Assembly: GCA_965644295.1 (NCBI GenBank)
Contig: CBFFRP010000327.1
Span: 34,919-98,918 of the forward strand
Source of the DNA: Paraphysomonas bandaiensis
Lineage: Eukaryota; Protista; Chrysophyceae
DNA length: 64,000 bases
Direction of reading: 5' to 3'
Below are positions 11,901-26,900 of this stretch, piece by piece. The position numbers and the translations under genes are program-made. Numbering within the stretch: position 1 is the stretch's first letter; every line of letters begins with the position of its first letter. The notes beneath the pieces were generated by a model that worked only from the letters and a program-made list of their open reading frames with translations, made no database searches and was not told where the DNA came from.

Positions 11901-14900
11901 GTTCTCAGCCGCAATTGGCAGCTTCTTCTCCAAGGCAATGATAGTGTACATATTTTCGGCCAATATCGGACAGCGCTCAAACATAGCCGACCGGCCAACA
12001 TCGAATTGCGCCACCGAGGCGAGTGTCTTCATTCCAAATGTGAGAATAGTCTCTGCCACAGACTTAGAATGTGAAGTGTTGTACGCCTCCAACGCATAAA
12101 CAATCATATCGTGCAGCTTCGGGAGAACTCCAGCCCGAACAAACTCCTTAGCATTCAGGGGAGATACCGACGTGGTGTAGTACATTAGCTTCACACCTGC
12201 ATCAAGCAGAGCAGCGTCCGTCTCCTCTGGAGCATCTTCAGTGGAAGGGATGGGGAGAACCTGGAGCAGCATGGGGTACGCAGGGTACTTCTGTGATTTG
12301 ATGGTATCCGGAAATCGTCGGTAGATAATATTCTGAGTACGCATAATTACAACAACGTTTCTCAGATCCGTTTCATTTGACTTTATTTCAATTGAAGTAA
12401 GCAGTTCGTATGCTGCTTGGATTTTCTCAAACATCTCCCTTCCATTTGGATTTTTATCCGGATGATATTTACGAGCAAGATTCTTGTAGGCTTTCCTGAG
12501 TTCCATGTGGTTGAACTTCCCTTTGAGACCGAACACCTCTAAAGCAGCTCTTTCTCCTGAGTCGGCAATGCCCTTCGAAAGCTCTTCTCTCCACCTCTCA
12601 ATTGTCTCTCGAAGAAGCATAAGCGGGTCTCGAATGGGCCAGTTAGGAAACCGAATTTCATCACACAGATTACGCAAGTAGTACTCCTGACAGTATAGCT
12701 CCCTGTCAAGATCAACGAACTTGATCTTCGGCATGGGAATGTAGTCGTACTGGCACATGGTATATTGCCGCAGACGGGCAGGGAAGTCGCCAAGATGGTT
12801 GTTTATCATCTCCACGACTTGGGTGCGGTGCTCTGGAGACCAGATCACCTCAGGGTTGTCATAGGACCCTGTAAACACATTGCTAAACATAGTCGGCCCA
12901 TGTCTATGAAGTATATTGACTAGAGCCGGCGTGACAATTGTGCCAAGCACAGACCGCTGTGGAATCAGCAAATTCCGGGCAACTGAAGATGCTGAGTCGT
13001 GGTGGCTCTGCAATAAGTGCGACACAGCGAATAGTTCTGCGATTGCTTGAAAGTCATTACCAGCGTATCGGCAGCCAAAATAGAACGCTCCCGTCAGGTA
13101 TAACTTGCTGCAAGCGAGTAAATTGTGCTCGACTAGGCTTTTTAAAAGCTTCGCTGCAGTGTGGACAACGTGTCGGTCATTGCATAGTAACAACTGCGCG
13201 AATACACTCATGTGTTCTGGTTGCGACATCAGACGCTTGCTAATAGGGGTAGGATAGAATGGTGCGCCCTGAGTGTTAGCAGACTTGTGTAGAGCAGAGA
13301 GGTTATAGAGCAGTGTGATAGCTTTGGTTCCAACCTCAGCAGGTGAATATATGGCCTTCCCTGGGGACAATACCTGGATCCGAAGTTGAAAAAATAAGGA
13401 GAGCGGGTTCCACTTTCCCGTGTCCACCTCTGACTCAAAGCTTTCGGAATCCTCAACATCTGCCATGCCGGGTGCGAATAGTGTGCTTCCATCAATCTCA
13501 TCATTCTCCACCATAGAAAGCAACTGCGAGACTTTGAATGGCCCACGCTGTACAGAGACAGGGGGGGGAACCCGCCCTTTTGGCGCTGTGAACCAGGTAC
13601 GAGGACACGCATCGTCCTCTGGTACCCATATGGAACGTTTTTGCTTTCGAATCTTTTCTTCATCTGACATGTTGCTCTCAGCGTCATGAGCAACAGCAGC
13701 CGCTGACCTACTGTAGCCTTCGCTACCGGCAGGGGCGTCTTCAATCATCAAACTCTTCCCAGTGGCTCGCGCCAGCGCATTCCCAATCTGATCAGGGTTT
13801 AAATGAGACAGAGAGGCATACTTGAGCATAAGATCTATGAACTCTCGGTCCAAAAGCTGCTCCAAATTGTCCTCTTTTTTGGACAAGATGACAAGGAAGT
13901 CCAGTACGTAGTGATTGAGCTCCATATCCTTGGCTTCTTCCAGCATGCGCACCACGATCATAGTATCATCAAAAGTCCCAACGATATCACTACATACATC
14001 ATAAAGCTTGCACAAGCATCTGACACAAAGGGTGGCAAGACGCGGGTCTCTTTCCACATTTCCCAACACTCGTCTCACAAGTTTCTCAAAGAGAATGCCG
14101 TGGGAAGGGTTCTCCAGAGTGCGAATGAATGAGTCGCCAGCCTCCAAGAAGTGATGAATATATATGGGTCCCACCTGCAACATATACTTCAGCGATTCGA
14201 ACTTTACATAAAACTGCTGATAGTTCCAAGCGATCTTCTTGTGTCCACGTAGCCTCTGTTCTCGCTCGAATTCTGATATTTCACCCTCCAGGGTGCTACG
14301 CAGCTCGAGACGTGTCTGCTCATTCCAAACCAAGTCTGGCAGCTGATGGTCCTGTGTCATGACATGGAACATGATCCTAAAATTCTCAGGGGTTGGAGGT
14401 GGTTGTGGTGGGTCATTCGACTCTGTACTATTTTTAGATACGGCTGCTCCCTTGAGTGCCTTGGAGATACGGGTGCGCATACGGGTTTGCAGATCTCCTC
14501 CTGGAACCTCCTGTCGCACAGGTCGCCCCGCCTCCCGATCGGCATTGGCGTTTCCCCCATGAAGTGACCCAGCATAAGTCGCATAGAAATCATCCTCCAT
14601 GATGTCCAGGTTCTCCCTATGCTCCGCGGAGATAGGAGGTAGTTTGAGGTACTCCAACAATCCACTAGGGAGGAGCCGCTTTAAGAGTTTTTTTCCCGGA
14701 GTAGTATCTGTACCACTCATCCATGTCGCGCAAAGAAACCGAGAAATAAATCGCTGACTAGCAGAGGGAGAGAATACCCCATTATAAAAGTGCTTCAGAA
14801 CAAGACAGTCAGATAGTGCAGCTTCCTGGAGAAGAGGGCCGATTTCGGGTCTATTCTTGATGAGTACATGCATTAGGATCGCTGCGTTCTCCATAATCAG

Positions 14901-16995
14901 AAATGAAGTAGAGCGGAGCATGTGAATGAGTATCTCGTACCGCTCCGCAAGCAGATCCAATACTTTGTTTAGCATCTCTGGAGAGCTCGTGTCGCGCCGG
15001 CTGCACACGATACTCTCCAACAACTCTGCAGACCCCACAATCACGAGGGAATTCGGGAAAAAATCCGTTACTGTCTTCTCCTTCTCTTTCTCCTCGGCAT
15101 CCCGATCAACTGTCTCCGGCTCCTGTTCAACAGGTTTGGGTGTGTTTTCCCACGGAGTCCTGGGTTGCTTGGTTTCAACTTCAGAGGTAGAATTTGTTGT
15201 GGTTGTTGGTTTAGTGACAACTTTCTTCTTTTCTGGAGGGCGTTCAGTGTTCTCAACCTCGTTAACTGAACTATCCTCCTCAGCTTCCTCTGATACGTTT
15301 TCATTCATATCATTTCCCTCTCCATTCTCATTGTCCTCCTCCTCCTCCATCAAGAGTGGTTCTTCAATACGAACCCCCATAAGGTCCAGGAGTCCTTTCA
15401 TGAGGGCATCCGTGAGTAGTGTGTGTTTATTCACATACTCCTGCTGCACATTCCGACTCTCCAACGGACAGCTGCATACGAAGCGCAGAACCTGAATCGC
15501 CCAGTAATTAATAAAGTCCACGTCGCACTTGATCAGCGCAACTAGAATATGCCTAGGATCTAGTTCCTTCATTTCTACTAAAGTCTTATATCCGGTTGCA
15601 GAAGGGAGCATACGGTACACTGTCTGTAGCATCACCCCCATGCCACGTGGGTCGTTCACAATGAACTTACTCCCTGAAGTAGATATGTGGGAGTGAATGC
15701 ATCGCAAGACACCTGTTAGACATGTCTTGACTAGATCTTTATCAGAGCCCACTGCAATACCAGGGAACGGAACATTTGCATTTAGCTCCCGGCATATCTG
15801 AATTATTTCCGCATTTTCCGGAGGCATCTTTTTGCAGGCCTTACTCAATTGGCGAAGGAACCATACTTCGATTGAGAAAGGTCCAAATATAGAGTCTAAA
15901 ATGCGGGACTCGTACTGCTCCTCTGCAAAGCGTGGGATCAAGCGAAGACTGTCCGATAGCTCACCCGTAATGATTACCTTGACGTTACCAGCAGCGTGAG
16001 TGACGTCTTGCAGAAGTGCCAACACAGTGTCGCGAACAGAGCAGTGGTACACCCTGGACGTTCCATCGATGTATTCTATAGTAAACATCCTAGGATCACT
16101 CCAGCTCCTAACTACCGCATATACCCACTCCAGCTTCTGGAAAGAGACGTACTGGAACCCTGATACATCCTTCTCTACTATATACAGCTCGGTGATGTGC
16201 AGCTGGCGGGGTATCAAACGGCTACTGCGAGAAGTCTTTTTGTTGACATTAAACACGGACACCGCAGCCCCAGTATTAGCATATGTAGCAGCACGTTTGC
16301 GTACCACTTCAATTAATGATTGGCCCGGAATCAGCTTCACTTTGGATATGCCAATCTGGTTAAGCTGAGTGGTACAACCACTGAGAAACATACTTAAGTC
16401 CGCCACGTAGAAAATCTTTATGCGACCAGAATACTCGAAGAAAACAGCCTGATCTTTTTCATCGCTTCCAATTTTTTTAAAGTTGACCCATCGGTATTCT
16501 TGAAGGATGTTACCATTTTCACTTAATTCAACGATTCCGAATGATGCCACAGCCAATTTACACTCGGTGCGCATATTATTCTTTCGAAGTCTTTGTGCTC
16601 TGAATGGACCAAAACTCTTAAACCTTCCAGTACACTTAGTACAACATTCAAAGAATTGGCACAGTAGCTGATCCCTATGGTCACTTTTAAAAGTAAATTT
16701 CCCCAGCTTATCCACCTCAAAGTTGAACTGATCAGTTGTCTTCTCATCTGGTCCGAGTTTAAGGAGAGCATTATAAGGAAATGTATTTGTTACTGCAAAT
16801 GTTGATGGATCGCGTGTAAGAGCAGCTGTTTTAGTTAATTGGAATATCCTATAACACAGAGAGTTTATATAAGAACAGCAGATATATATATATATATAAT
16901 CACCTCTGATAATTCTGCCATAGAGCTCTAACTCGAACAGTTTGATATTGAGCAATGACCCCTTCAGGAGATTCCACTACAGATTCTTTATCCAT
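8986..16995 (-). CDS. DNAJC13: RME-8/DNAJC13 homologue with C-terminal PDZ domain (multi-exon)
   Basis: First exon MDKESVV...ALWQNYQR (ATG 16995); IWN-type repeats (LVWNEQTR, VIWSPEHR, KIWNIGMR, LIWTAEMQ); GYF-like RGPFKVSQL; J-domain KAYKNLARKYHPDKNPNGREMFEKIQAAYELL; the 48-nt intron 9595-9642 joins in frame to a last exon with PDZ (GIGLDL...IKPGDIIVGVNG). Confidence 0.93.
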
Positions 16996-17505
16996 TACAC
17001 GTATATGCTCCTACACTTTCATGTTATTTAATAATACATGATGGAAGTGGTGAGATGGTGATATTATTATATCAACAAGTGTTGGGATCCTCCTACAGGT
17101 GTATGTATGTATATACCATATACCTATATAGACACTGTCTGTGCTGCGGTAGATACACAGCATATACCTATACGCGGTATACACACAACACAAGTGTGGG
17201 GTACTGTATCGCCGATATATCACAAAATACATCTGTAGGAGTATGGTATACAGCAGTGGAGTACCGCACCACATCCGTGAAAGTGCAGATATCATTGGGA
17301 ATACCGTGGAATACTGCACTACCGGAATACGTCTGTAAAGCACCGTTTATGTGTAACGTAACGTGTATACACTACTATGAATTACTATTTGCAGAGTGAC
17401 TAACATTCTTTGTTGATACAATTGTTTACTGTTCAGTCTTGTGCTGTGTATTGTGACTGTGTGTGATATTGAGCTAGATAGGTATATTATATATCAATAA
17501 TCAAA

Positions 17506-18023
17506 ATGAGTAAAAAAGTAAAAGAAGAAGATGTGCAAGCGCCAGTGCAAGAAGCTGAGGCAACTGAAACTTTCAGCAATGGAAGTTTCCTCTACCCGGA
17601 CGGGTCCAAGTATAGTGGTGACTACAAAACCGTGGATGGTGTAAAATACCGACATGGTCATGGCGTGTTTACGTTTGGCCCAGAGCAATATGATGGTGAA
17701 TGGATTAACGATACCATGGAGGGCCGTGGGGTATATAGCTTCTCTTCTGGAGCTGTGTACACTGGTGATTTTAAGCAAAATTGTTTTTCTGGGGAAGGAT
17801 CATACGCATTTCCTGATGGTGCTAGTTATATGTAAGTTATGTTCGTTTTATTAGTTTCCATTATTAATTTTTAATCAGTGGTTCATGGTCTGGAGGAAAA
17901 ATGCATGGCAATGGTACTTATACGGATCCTGATGGCGTTAAATGGAGTGGAACATTTTTTAATGGAATGTACGACTCAGGTCGCAGTTATTTATCTTTAA
18001 GGCCAGCAAAAGGCCTTGTTTGA
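17506..18023 (+). CDS. MORN-repeat protein (MORN2-like), 2 exons
   Basis: YSGDY..RHGHG, YDGEWINDTMEGRG, YTGDFKQNCFSGEG. An intron near 17832-17878 leads to GSWSGGKMHGNG...; stop TGA 18021-18023. Confidence 0.88.
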
Positions 18024-19800
18024 GTAGCCGTGTTTGTATAATGGTAATTATTTTTCATGTGCTGAGGAGTTGTTTCACACAACTGACTAGGTCTCGAGTG
18101 CATTTTATAAAAAATATAATTAATATATGGTTTGTGATTGTTGGAAACGGGTTAAAACTCAAGCTGCTAATTTGCTTGACAAAATCACAACGTTTACGGG
18201 AAAAGTGACCGCGCCCTTTTGTACTATTATTAGTGTGCACCAATTCACTTATACTCCTTAATCCTTAACATATACTGTACACGTGAATACAATAAAATAA
18301 CATGAATCAACTGTAATAATAGGTTCGCATGATGTACTCTTGTTGGAGTTAGAAAACCTGTGTGGCTTTATACGTAGTATGAAACTATGCAACTGCATCT
18401 CATAAAGAATTACGAGGATCGCAGACTACGTACACGCACAAGCTCAATATCAAGTATGCCCTTACTTTACACTTTGCACAAAGATACCACGCATACTGGA
18501 CTCTACACATCCTTCACCACACTGTCATCATGTACCTTATAATTGCATACTCAGTATAGTGCTACTACTTTGTAGCGAGCTGTTTACAATACACAAGCAA
18601 TCTCCTGTGTGGTGGCTTAGGCCCGCCGGTATATTTGCCACACAATGCATAAAACACCAAGATTTCGCGCGGATTCTATGTAGTCGTCTACCTGTCTAAT
18701 CCCTCTGACATCTCGGCTATGTATGTAGAACACTTGCGCAGATTATGTGAATACAATACAATCCCCTCACTCCTTACCAGTGGTATCGTTCACAAGGGTT
18801 ACGAGGGGATTCTCGAGCCACGAACGCCAGTGCAAAACAATGCGCAAACTATAGCAAGGTCATGTACACCCTCCCCTCCTTCCCTTCTGAAAGTATGTGT
18901 CACGTAATTATAGTGTATATGTAGTTAGAAATTGCCTGGCGCCACAACAAAAACTAAACATGTATCCATCGCTTAGTTTAATCAACACAAATCTACATTG
19001 GAGTACGCTCTCAGAATGGGACAATGTAGTATACACCTGTCATTTGCAATAGATTTCTAATCTGATATATTTCTTACATGGAAACGTTGTCTCTCGGGAG
19101 AAAACTGGTCATCCTCTCCATAACTGTAGGTCACAAATCAAATTTGTCAACTACATGAGTTGTTAGGCAGATGAAGTACAGGCTCATAAATTCTCATGAA
19201 TGACAGCTACAAATATAACTGAAGTAATGCAAACTTCAACGAATGCTCATCCCTGACTGTGAATAATGTTATATGTCATAGAAAATGTAGTAGAAATAAT
19301 AATAAAAATACTACAAAACCCAAACGGCTACAGATACTAAGGAATTGTTGAGGTGATCTTCTACTCTTAACTGTTTAGCAGTGCAAGAGCTTAATATATC
19401 TATATATCTATGCATCTATGCATCTATGCATCAGTCCACCCATGAGGTATGTACACTCCGGTAATGGTATACAGATCCGTATATCATGGTATACAATACA
19501 AGATGGGACTGGGGGATCAAGAAGATCCAGATATGTATGACTGTGTATACCCGGTATACTGTACTGTATTTATACAACTATTTTTGGTGTGTTTTTTTGT
19601 AGGTGATAGATACGGACATACGGACACAAGTGCAGCAGTCCATAACATGTTGAGTATACCACACATATATCACACATGCAACTCCCATCCAGTTGCTCTT
19701 AATATACTTGAAGATAAGTATTTTTGCAGTTTTATACAATAGAAGAGAGTAGATGCATTATCACTAATTGAGTGATAGTCGAGCATTGAAGTAACGGACA

Positions 19801-21318
19801 ATGTGTCTAGGATGTTTTGATAAACGCAGTGTGGAGAATAGTGTCCAGGAGCCGTTAGCACCAAAACACTCGTCTACTAAGAATAGTAACAAAGAAAATA
19901 GACATCGAAGTGATGACATAGGCCTTTCACAATCACCCACTTCTCAGTCGTATGAGCCACCAACCACTAACTCGACTCCATCATACGCAATTGACAGCCA
20001 TGAACCCTTCTCAAGCTATGAAACTAAACCCCCTCTCGATAGTTCACCAGTGATAGAGAGCGATAACGAAGCAACATACAATAATGAAGCTATTCCACCG
20101 ATGGGAAACAAGACCACCTTAACTGGTTGGCTTCATTACAAGACCGGCACCATTATTTCTACTTATCAGCGTGCTTTTTTTATCCTTGAAGAAGGATTTA
20201 TTTATGCTTACAGCAGACCGAAGAGTGGTGCCGTTTCTAGCGATGGTTGTATTTTTTTTAGTTTTTGACATTTTTAACATATGTTTCCACCTTTAGATAT
20301 GGTGTTGGATCCCATTGACCTTGCCGGTGCTGTGGTTACTCGGGTAGCGCTTCCAGACAGACAATTTTGCATTGACATTGAAAATTTGCTATTTCTAGAT
20401 GCATATTCCTCTCCGATGCAAAAGAAATGGTAGTAGTAGTGCAATGTTTATAATGTAGTGTTATGGCTATTTGCGTCAATGCAGGATTGAAGCTCTGGAC
20501 CAGGAGATTGACGATGTCAGCTATGAGTATCTTCTCTCAGGAGAAGCTGGGTGCAAAGATACTCTAGCTCTTTGGTACGGAAAGATGTTGGGAAGAAGAG
20601 AGAAATCTATTATTATATTACAGCAACCTTATGTGGTGGTGAGTATGTAACAGACCGGTAATTGCGTTTGTACACTGATTTCTTACGTTTATTCAACCAG
20701 AAAAAGCATTTTGTGAAGGCTGGATTTCACAGATGCCACGATCGAATCATGAATGTAAGATATTTTGTAAACCCTCAAGGCTTTATCTAATTATTTTGAC
20801 AATAAGGTTGATGGTCTGGGTGAAAGGATTGTGTGGTCTTCGCCCGAAGGCAAGGATAAGCATGCTCACAAAGATGATAACAAAGCCATCGCTCTAAACA
20901 AAATAAATGAAGTAGTTTCTGGTACGTATGACTTCAATGTGCGTTTTAAAGCATGGCATATAATATTGTTTGTTGGATGCAGGGGCAACAACTCATGCAC
21001 TTCACACAGTTGCTGGCGACATTGTTAGGGCCTCTCGTTGCTTCACCGTATATGCGTCCGATAGAGATCTGGACGTCGAAATGAAAGACGTCGTGGAGAA
21101 AACTATATGGGTGAAGAATCTTAATGAAATTATTTTTATTGATAAGTAAGTGGTATTGATATATTGCTAATATATTCTTGTAATAGTTTTACCTATCGAA
21201 TAGGGTATCATCTATTATGAGTGCTGATACTGGTGGAAAAACTGCCAGAAAGAGAAGATCGAGTGCGATTGAGAGAAAAGCAGCACTGAGGGAACAAATA
21301 GCCAAAAATACTAATTAG
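19801..21318 (+). CDS. PH-domain protein (two PH-like domains), multi-exon
   Basis: TLTGWLHYKTG..STYQRAFFILEEGFIYAY (PH beta1-3). Later exons give RIVWSSPEGK...IALNKINEVVSG and CFTVYASDRDLDVE (PLC-type PH). Exon boundaries approximate. Confidence 0.72.
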
Positions 21319-21791
21319 TATAGCGCGGAGTAGAGAATATATACGAAGAAAAAATGATATATTGCTGAGAAAAGCGGTATCATTTCACGTGATTCAATCG
21401 TATATTAATGATTAATGTGCAGTGTCTTCAATATTGCATAGTATAATACTTATATTGGATTGGTACTTAAATAATATATTTGATAGCTAGTTTATAAATA
21501 GCACTACTGGTCGCAGTATATGCACACACAGTTGCTGGTACCATTTAATGGGGAATATAGCCGCGCACTTCTACAAGTAATTGATGTGTGAGTGAGTTGC
21601 TACAGATGAGTAGTCTGCGTAAAACATAACCCTTGTGAGGAAATGATGAGCTACTACTTGTACACCAGTACTATATTCTGCAATAAAGTTACACCAATAC
21701 CCCCTAACGCAAATTATTAAGATACGACAACGTGTTGTCACACAACTAGCAAAATAAGCAGATTGCCCAATTATAATATATTCTATACAAT

Positions 21792-23265
21792 TCACAACTC
21801 ATCAGATAGTTTAGAAATATCCTCATATTCTACACCAGTGACCTCCCGGCCAGCATGAGGTCCATCTTCAATTCTAATGTCACAGTTGTAATCACTTTCG
21901 TTTAGTCGTAACACAACTGCACGGTATCCTCGACCACGTCCATTCACAATCAACACAGCTCCACCAGCCTGCAAATAAGATTGTGATCTCAATTATACTT
22001 GTATTATACGTGAAACCTTTGGAATTACTGTCTCCAGGTCCTCTTGATCCAGACGCAGTCGCTTACCAGACACACGAACCTCCCCAATGTATTTGTCGAT
22101 CACTCCTACCACAACCCCTTTCTCCTTGTAGAAGCGCCCATCTCCAACAGTTTTGTTCATAACTTTCACTACAATTCCGGCATGCAACCAGTAGTCCTTT
22201 CGATTGCTTCGATCTTCCGCTAAAAGCTGCTGTGATTTTCGCCGTTCCTCTTCTTGCATAAGAGACTCGAGAGCGCTTTGAGGGCGAGATGAAGTACCGA
22301 TGTCGGATGACGCGCTGCTGGAAGGTGCGGAAACCGCCTGTTCACCGAATGCCAATCCTTTGCCAGATCGTGCAGCTGTAGATGACGAAATATTAGTCTT
22401 GCGTCCTAAAGATACCTGGATTTTTCCTACACAAGAAGAGATATTACTGCCATAATCTTAAAATATAAGATGGTATACCGTCAGTCTCGCTGCGTACCAG
22501 CTCTCTGTCCCCTTCACTCTCCTCCTCGTCCACATTCTCACCACGAGCGGTGGCAGCTGCGATCTGCTTTTCGATGAGTCGGCGGGTGCGCTCCTCTTCG
22601 TCCAGCTCGGACTTCTGTCGAGCCTCCATCTGCGCTTGCTTGGCTATGAGTTTTGGGTCTTTGTCAATGTATTGGATGTACCATCCCTTCTCAGTTTCAT
22701 CTACTACGCATTTGCCCTCCCGTCCCAGGAATTTGCACAACCCTGAGAGAGAGGACCATGCTGTAGAATTCATGTGCACGTGGTCTTTGTCTGATATGTA
22801 CCTATAAATGTCATTAGTGCTGTGTCGAGGACAGTGGCAGCCAACTCACTCTTGATATACTGTATTGGCCAACACACGCTTCGTCCCATGTCGATGAGAG
22901 AGTGTGTCGAGGAATCCTTTCAAAAACTGTAGAAAAAAATTAAAAATGACACAAATCGATGAGACCTGTTTCAACACAATGGAATTAGAATACTCACCAG
23001 GCCAGAGAACTCACTCAATACACGTCCTGGATTATCAGCAAACACTCGCATTGCTCTTAAGTGTCCTTCACTTTTCATATGACATCTCATTCCATTCTCA
23101 TCACGACATTGTTTCTGACACATTTGACAATACCATCTTAGTTTTTGGAGCCCTTTTGCCTGTATTAATATACATTATATGCATATAATAACATATAGGT
23201 GTTTAGGTTACCTTAATTCGATTGCTTATTGCCTTTGGAGTCAGAAATCCACCTGACTTACCCAT
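21792..23265 (-). CDS. KIN17: KIN17 DNA/RNA-binding protein, multi-exon
   Basis: MGKSGGFLTPKAISNRIK, KGLQKLRWYCQMCQKQCRDENG, HMNSTAWSSL, DETEKGWYIQYIDKDP, DYWLHAGIVVKV, DQEDLETVIP, EYEDISKL. Confidence 0.96.
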
Positions 23266-23976
23266 CCCACCGATAGAATAGTTTGATTAAATCCTATCAC
23301 TTATAAGTATGTTGAGTATGGTGTGAAGTACTATGCTGCTATACTATATGAGAGTAATTAACACACACTTCATACGGATCACTGTACAGTATATATATAT
23401 ATATACAGGCATACTCTCTGTATGACTTTTTCTATATTGATTCCTGCTGCTTCTCCTGTCCTTCAAGTGAATATGAATACAGTGTAGTATATGAAGGTAT
23501 TCCCCTTCAAAATATAATCGTTTTTGGGTTGTGTTTTGTGTGGAATGATGTATGATGTAGTCTCTATATATACGGCATATACAGTATATATACACCCATT
23601 CAGCCCTCGCAGTTATATATGATGCCTGCATATGTACATGTACATACTCCATACTGCTGTATATATATACATATATATATATATGAAAGTATATGACTTG
23701 AAACTATGGAGATAACATCACATGAAGAGGGTATCCAAGCCAACCAGTTAGTAATATAAAATAACAATACTGGAACATGATTATACATGTATGGCTTATG
23801 TCTATTAGATATCAGTGTACTCTACTATGACAAACAACAATGATATACTCTCTTAACGATGCTATCTGACAGTCTTAGTTCACAAATCTAATACGGATGT
23901 ATGGACTAACTTATATATAAATGTACTGTATATTATTGTTATTGTAGAAACCGTTTATTCTATTCTAGACGTTATA

Positions 23977-26900
23977 ATGTCTTCAGTGGGGGCATTGGCC
24001 AATAGAGTGCATGATATTATTCGCCGTATGGGTGACAACATCGCTCAGGCAGAAGCTACAAAAACATGTTATGGCATACTGGCTATAATGTCCAGAGAAG
24101 AATCGAGTAAAGTTATTATTGCGAAAAACGGTATGGATTTGATACTTAGTGGAATGCAAACACACATGGATAAGCCCGATGTGCAAGAGGCGGGGTGTGA
24201 TTTGATATGGAGCCTCGCATTCAATAACTCCGCTGTGAAGGAGATGATTGGAAACGTCAATGGAACTAGCGTAGTAGTTCGTGCTTTGAAAAGACATCAC
24301 AAATCCCCTGAATTTTTGAAATCAGCTTGTGGGGCCCTGTCGAACCTGTGTCAGTATAAAGTTAATCAACAGGGGGTGGCCTCACACGGGGGTCTGCAGC
24401 CTCTAATTGTATCAATCAGTTTTCATCAAGAAAATTCAAAACTATTGCCTTTTATTTTCGATGCCCTTGCATCTCTCATAGTTGGTAATGAAGAGAATGC
24501 CCGTATTGTGTCTTCCCAGGATGGCATCTCCAAGATTCTTGCTGCGACAGGTATGCATCGCGAGGTATCGGAGGTGGTGAAGTCGGGTTGTCATGCCCTA
24601 GCTATTCTTTCAGATGTGAAGGGACAAGCCTCTAAAATAGCTGCTGCAGGGGGAGTTGGTGCGATTCTGCCCTTACTGGACATGCATCCATCCTATGCGG
24701 ACTTTCACCGTGTAGCGGCGGTAGTGCTACTACGCATGTTGCAGGAATCCTCTCATGTGGTCCGCGAGATTGCATGCAATGAGGGTATTCGTATACTACT
24801 GAAGTCATTGGACAGAGGTGGTGCTCAACAGGATACAGTGGCTGCTATTACCCACATTCTTTCCACTGTAACGAATCCGCTCACAGCTGCCTCCAACTCT
24901 ATTGAGAGCCAGCTCTGGGTTTCAAGTGGTGCGTCGGACATAGATGCCTTGTCAGGTACCATGCGCCGTGGGCGTTTCCCTCGTAATGATGCAAGATATG
25001 TGTTGGCTGCGGACACACTTGTCTCGTCTGGTATCACTCCTGGTCCCGTGAAACCACAACACCCAGGGAGCAGTAAAAAAGCTGCTTCTGAGGTAACCGC
25101 GCTGGCTGGGCTGGTGCGGTTGATGGGACAGTACTGTGAGCGCAAAGATGTGGCTCGTGCCTCTTGTCGCCTTCTCACTAACCTCATGGGCTTCCCTGGT
25201 GTTGTTATGGCCTTGGATAAGATATCTCTGATGGACAAAGTGTTGGAGTGTGTGCATATTCACCGCAGTACCAAAGAGATTACAGAGGCCGCTGCCGCGC
25301 TGCTGAAGTGCATCCACAAGAGAACTTTTCCTGCGTTCAGTGGGGCAAAGCTTTCCGCCATATCGGGTCTGCTTCACTTGATCAGGACCAAAATATCGGA
25401 TGAAGAGGTAGTAGTTGCGTCGCTGGAAATTCTTTGTAGACTCCGAGAGGGCGAGTCTCACAGGAGCAGAGCTGGAGGGGGAGCCCCCCAAACAACTTGC
25501 CCATCTTCCCAGTGGGAGAACGAAACGGTTATTGTTTGCTCCTCTGTGCTTGAGGCTATAGCTTCAGGTAGCTCCAGATACGGCAATGAGCTGGGCTCAC
25601 CTACGAATAAGAGCTCTGATGTGAAGGCGATACCTTGGTCGAAGAGCACCCCGAAGCTGTTGTCGACAGTACTTGAATTTTTGGAGTCAGTTGACTCCAG
25701 TAAGAAAGCCGATAACAGATTCGTATACCCACAGTCTCTTGGGGTTGCATTGAAAGGTGTATACGCGATTCTTCCATTGAGAAGTGCCGACTTGTCGGCT
25801 AGAATTCAGCGTTTGCTACCCTCAATCCAAGCTAACACTCTTGAGGACAACACAAGAACCGAAGAGCCTCCTGATCAGGACGACTCAAGTCCAGCCAATT
25901 TCAGTCGTAGGAAACTGCTTAATACAACTAACACTTTGGATGACTCTGTTGACAAGCTCGTGAAAAGTCGCAGTGGGGCGGCTGTGGGTGGTTCTGAATC
26001 TGGTGGTGGGTCATCTAGCTCCAGTAGAACCGATACTGGTGGTTCGACGAAGGGATATGCATCTACGAAAGGTAACAGGAATTCGCCAGATAACACTAGC
26101 GAAGGAGAACCAGTTAACGGAACAAGGGGAGTCACTAGGGAGTCCAGGTTCCCAGAGCCGTTGCATCCTCTTAAGTATTGTCCCATGCCAACGTCAGATG
26201 ACATACGCCAGGTGATCCCGCGGCTGCTCGATACTTACCCGTCCCACATGGAAATGCTTGCAACAGATAGTGGCCCCAACAGGAATAGCACTGGAATTAA
26301 TGAGTTTGGATCCAGTGACTCGTCTTGTCGTGACTCAAACCGTGATGATTGTGGAGTGCCTTCTAGGATGCATTTGGTATATGAGGGTGCATCTGCTGCT
26401 GGGAAAGGGTTGGCGAGTCGCTGTCCAACACCTGTGCCGTATAATGTTCCGCCTTCTGGTCTCGGTCCCCCGTTTGAACATTCTCTTACATTCGATTCTG
26501 AATTCGAGTCCGGAAACCTCTTGAGAGCTGTACAGAAAGGGGACTATGAATATGACCTGTGTCTCCGCTCCGACTTGCATACTCCAGGTCATACACAATG
26601 GTTCTACTTCGCAGTTTCGAATACTCATAACCCTGCATGTGTCGCGGCTGCTAAAGATAAAGGTGTTCCTGTAGCCCCTGTTAAAGTTCGCTTTAACATT
26701 GTAAACCTAACGAAGCCTGACAGCTTATTTAACCAAGGAATGAAGCCTGTGGTATATTCCTGCAACAGTGCATCTAGCAAGGGACAAAGCTGGATTCGCT
26801 CTGGATCAAGAATATCTTACTTTGGTAACACTTTCACGCGAAATAACTCAGCTGGTGAAGGGGTTGCTTGCTACTTTACTTTGACCTTTACCCTAGAGTT

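Noticed and set aside
9848-16771. Numerous short antisense or alternative-frame ORFs overlapping RME-8 (similar ones overlap CCP and ATG1)
   Set aside because: Shadow ORFs of long coding exons with no independent motifs.
18244-19400. Intergenic stretch with short ORFs, possible decayed element
   Set aside because: No recognisable motif, terminal repeat or TSD.
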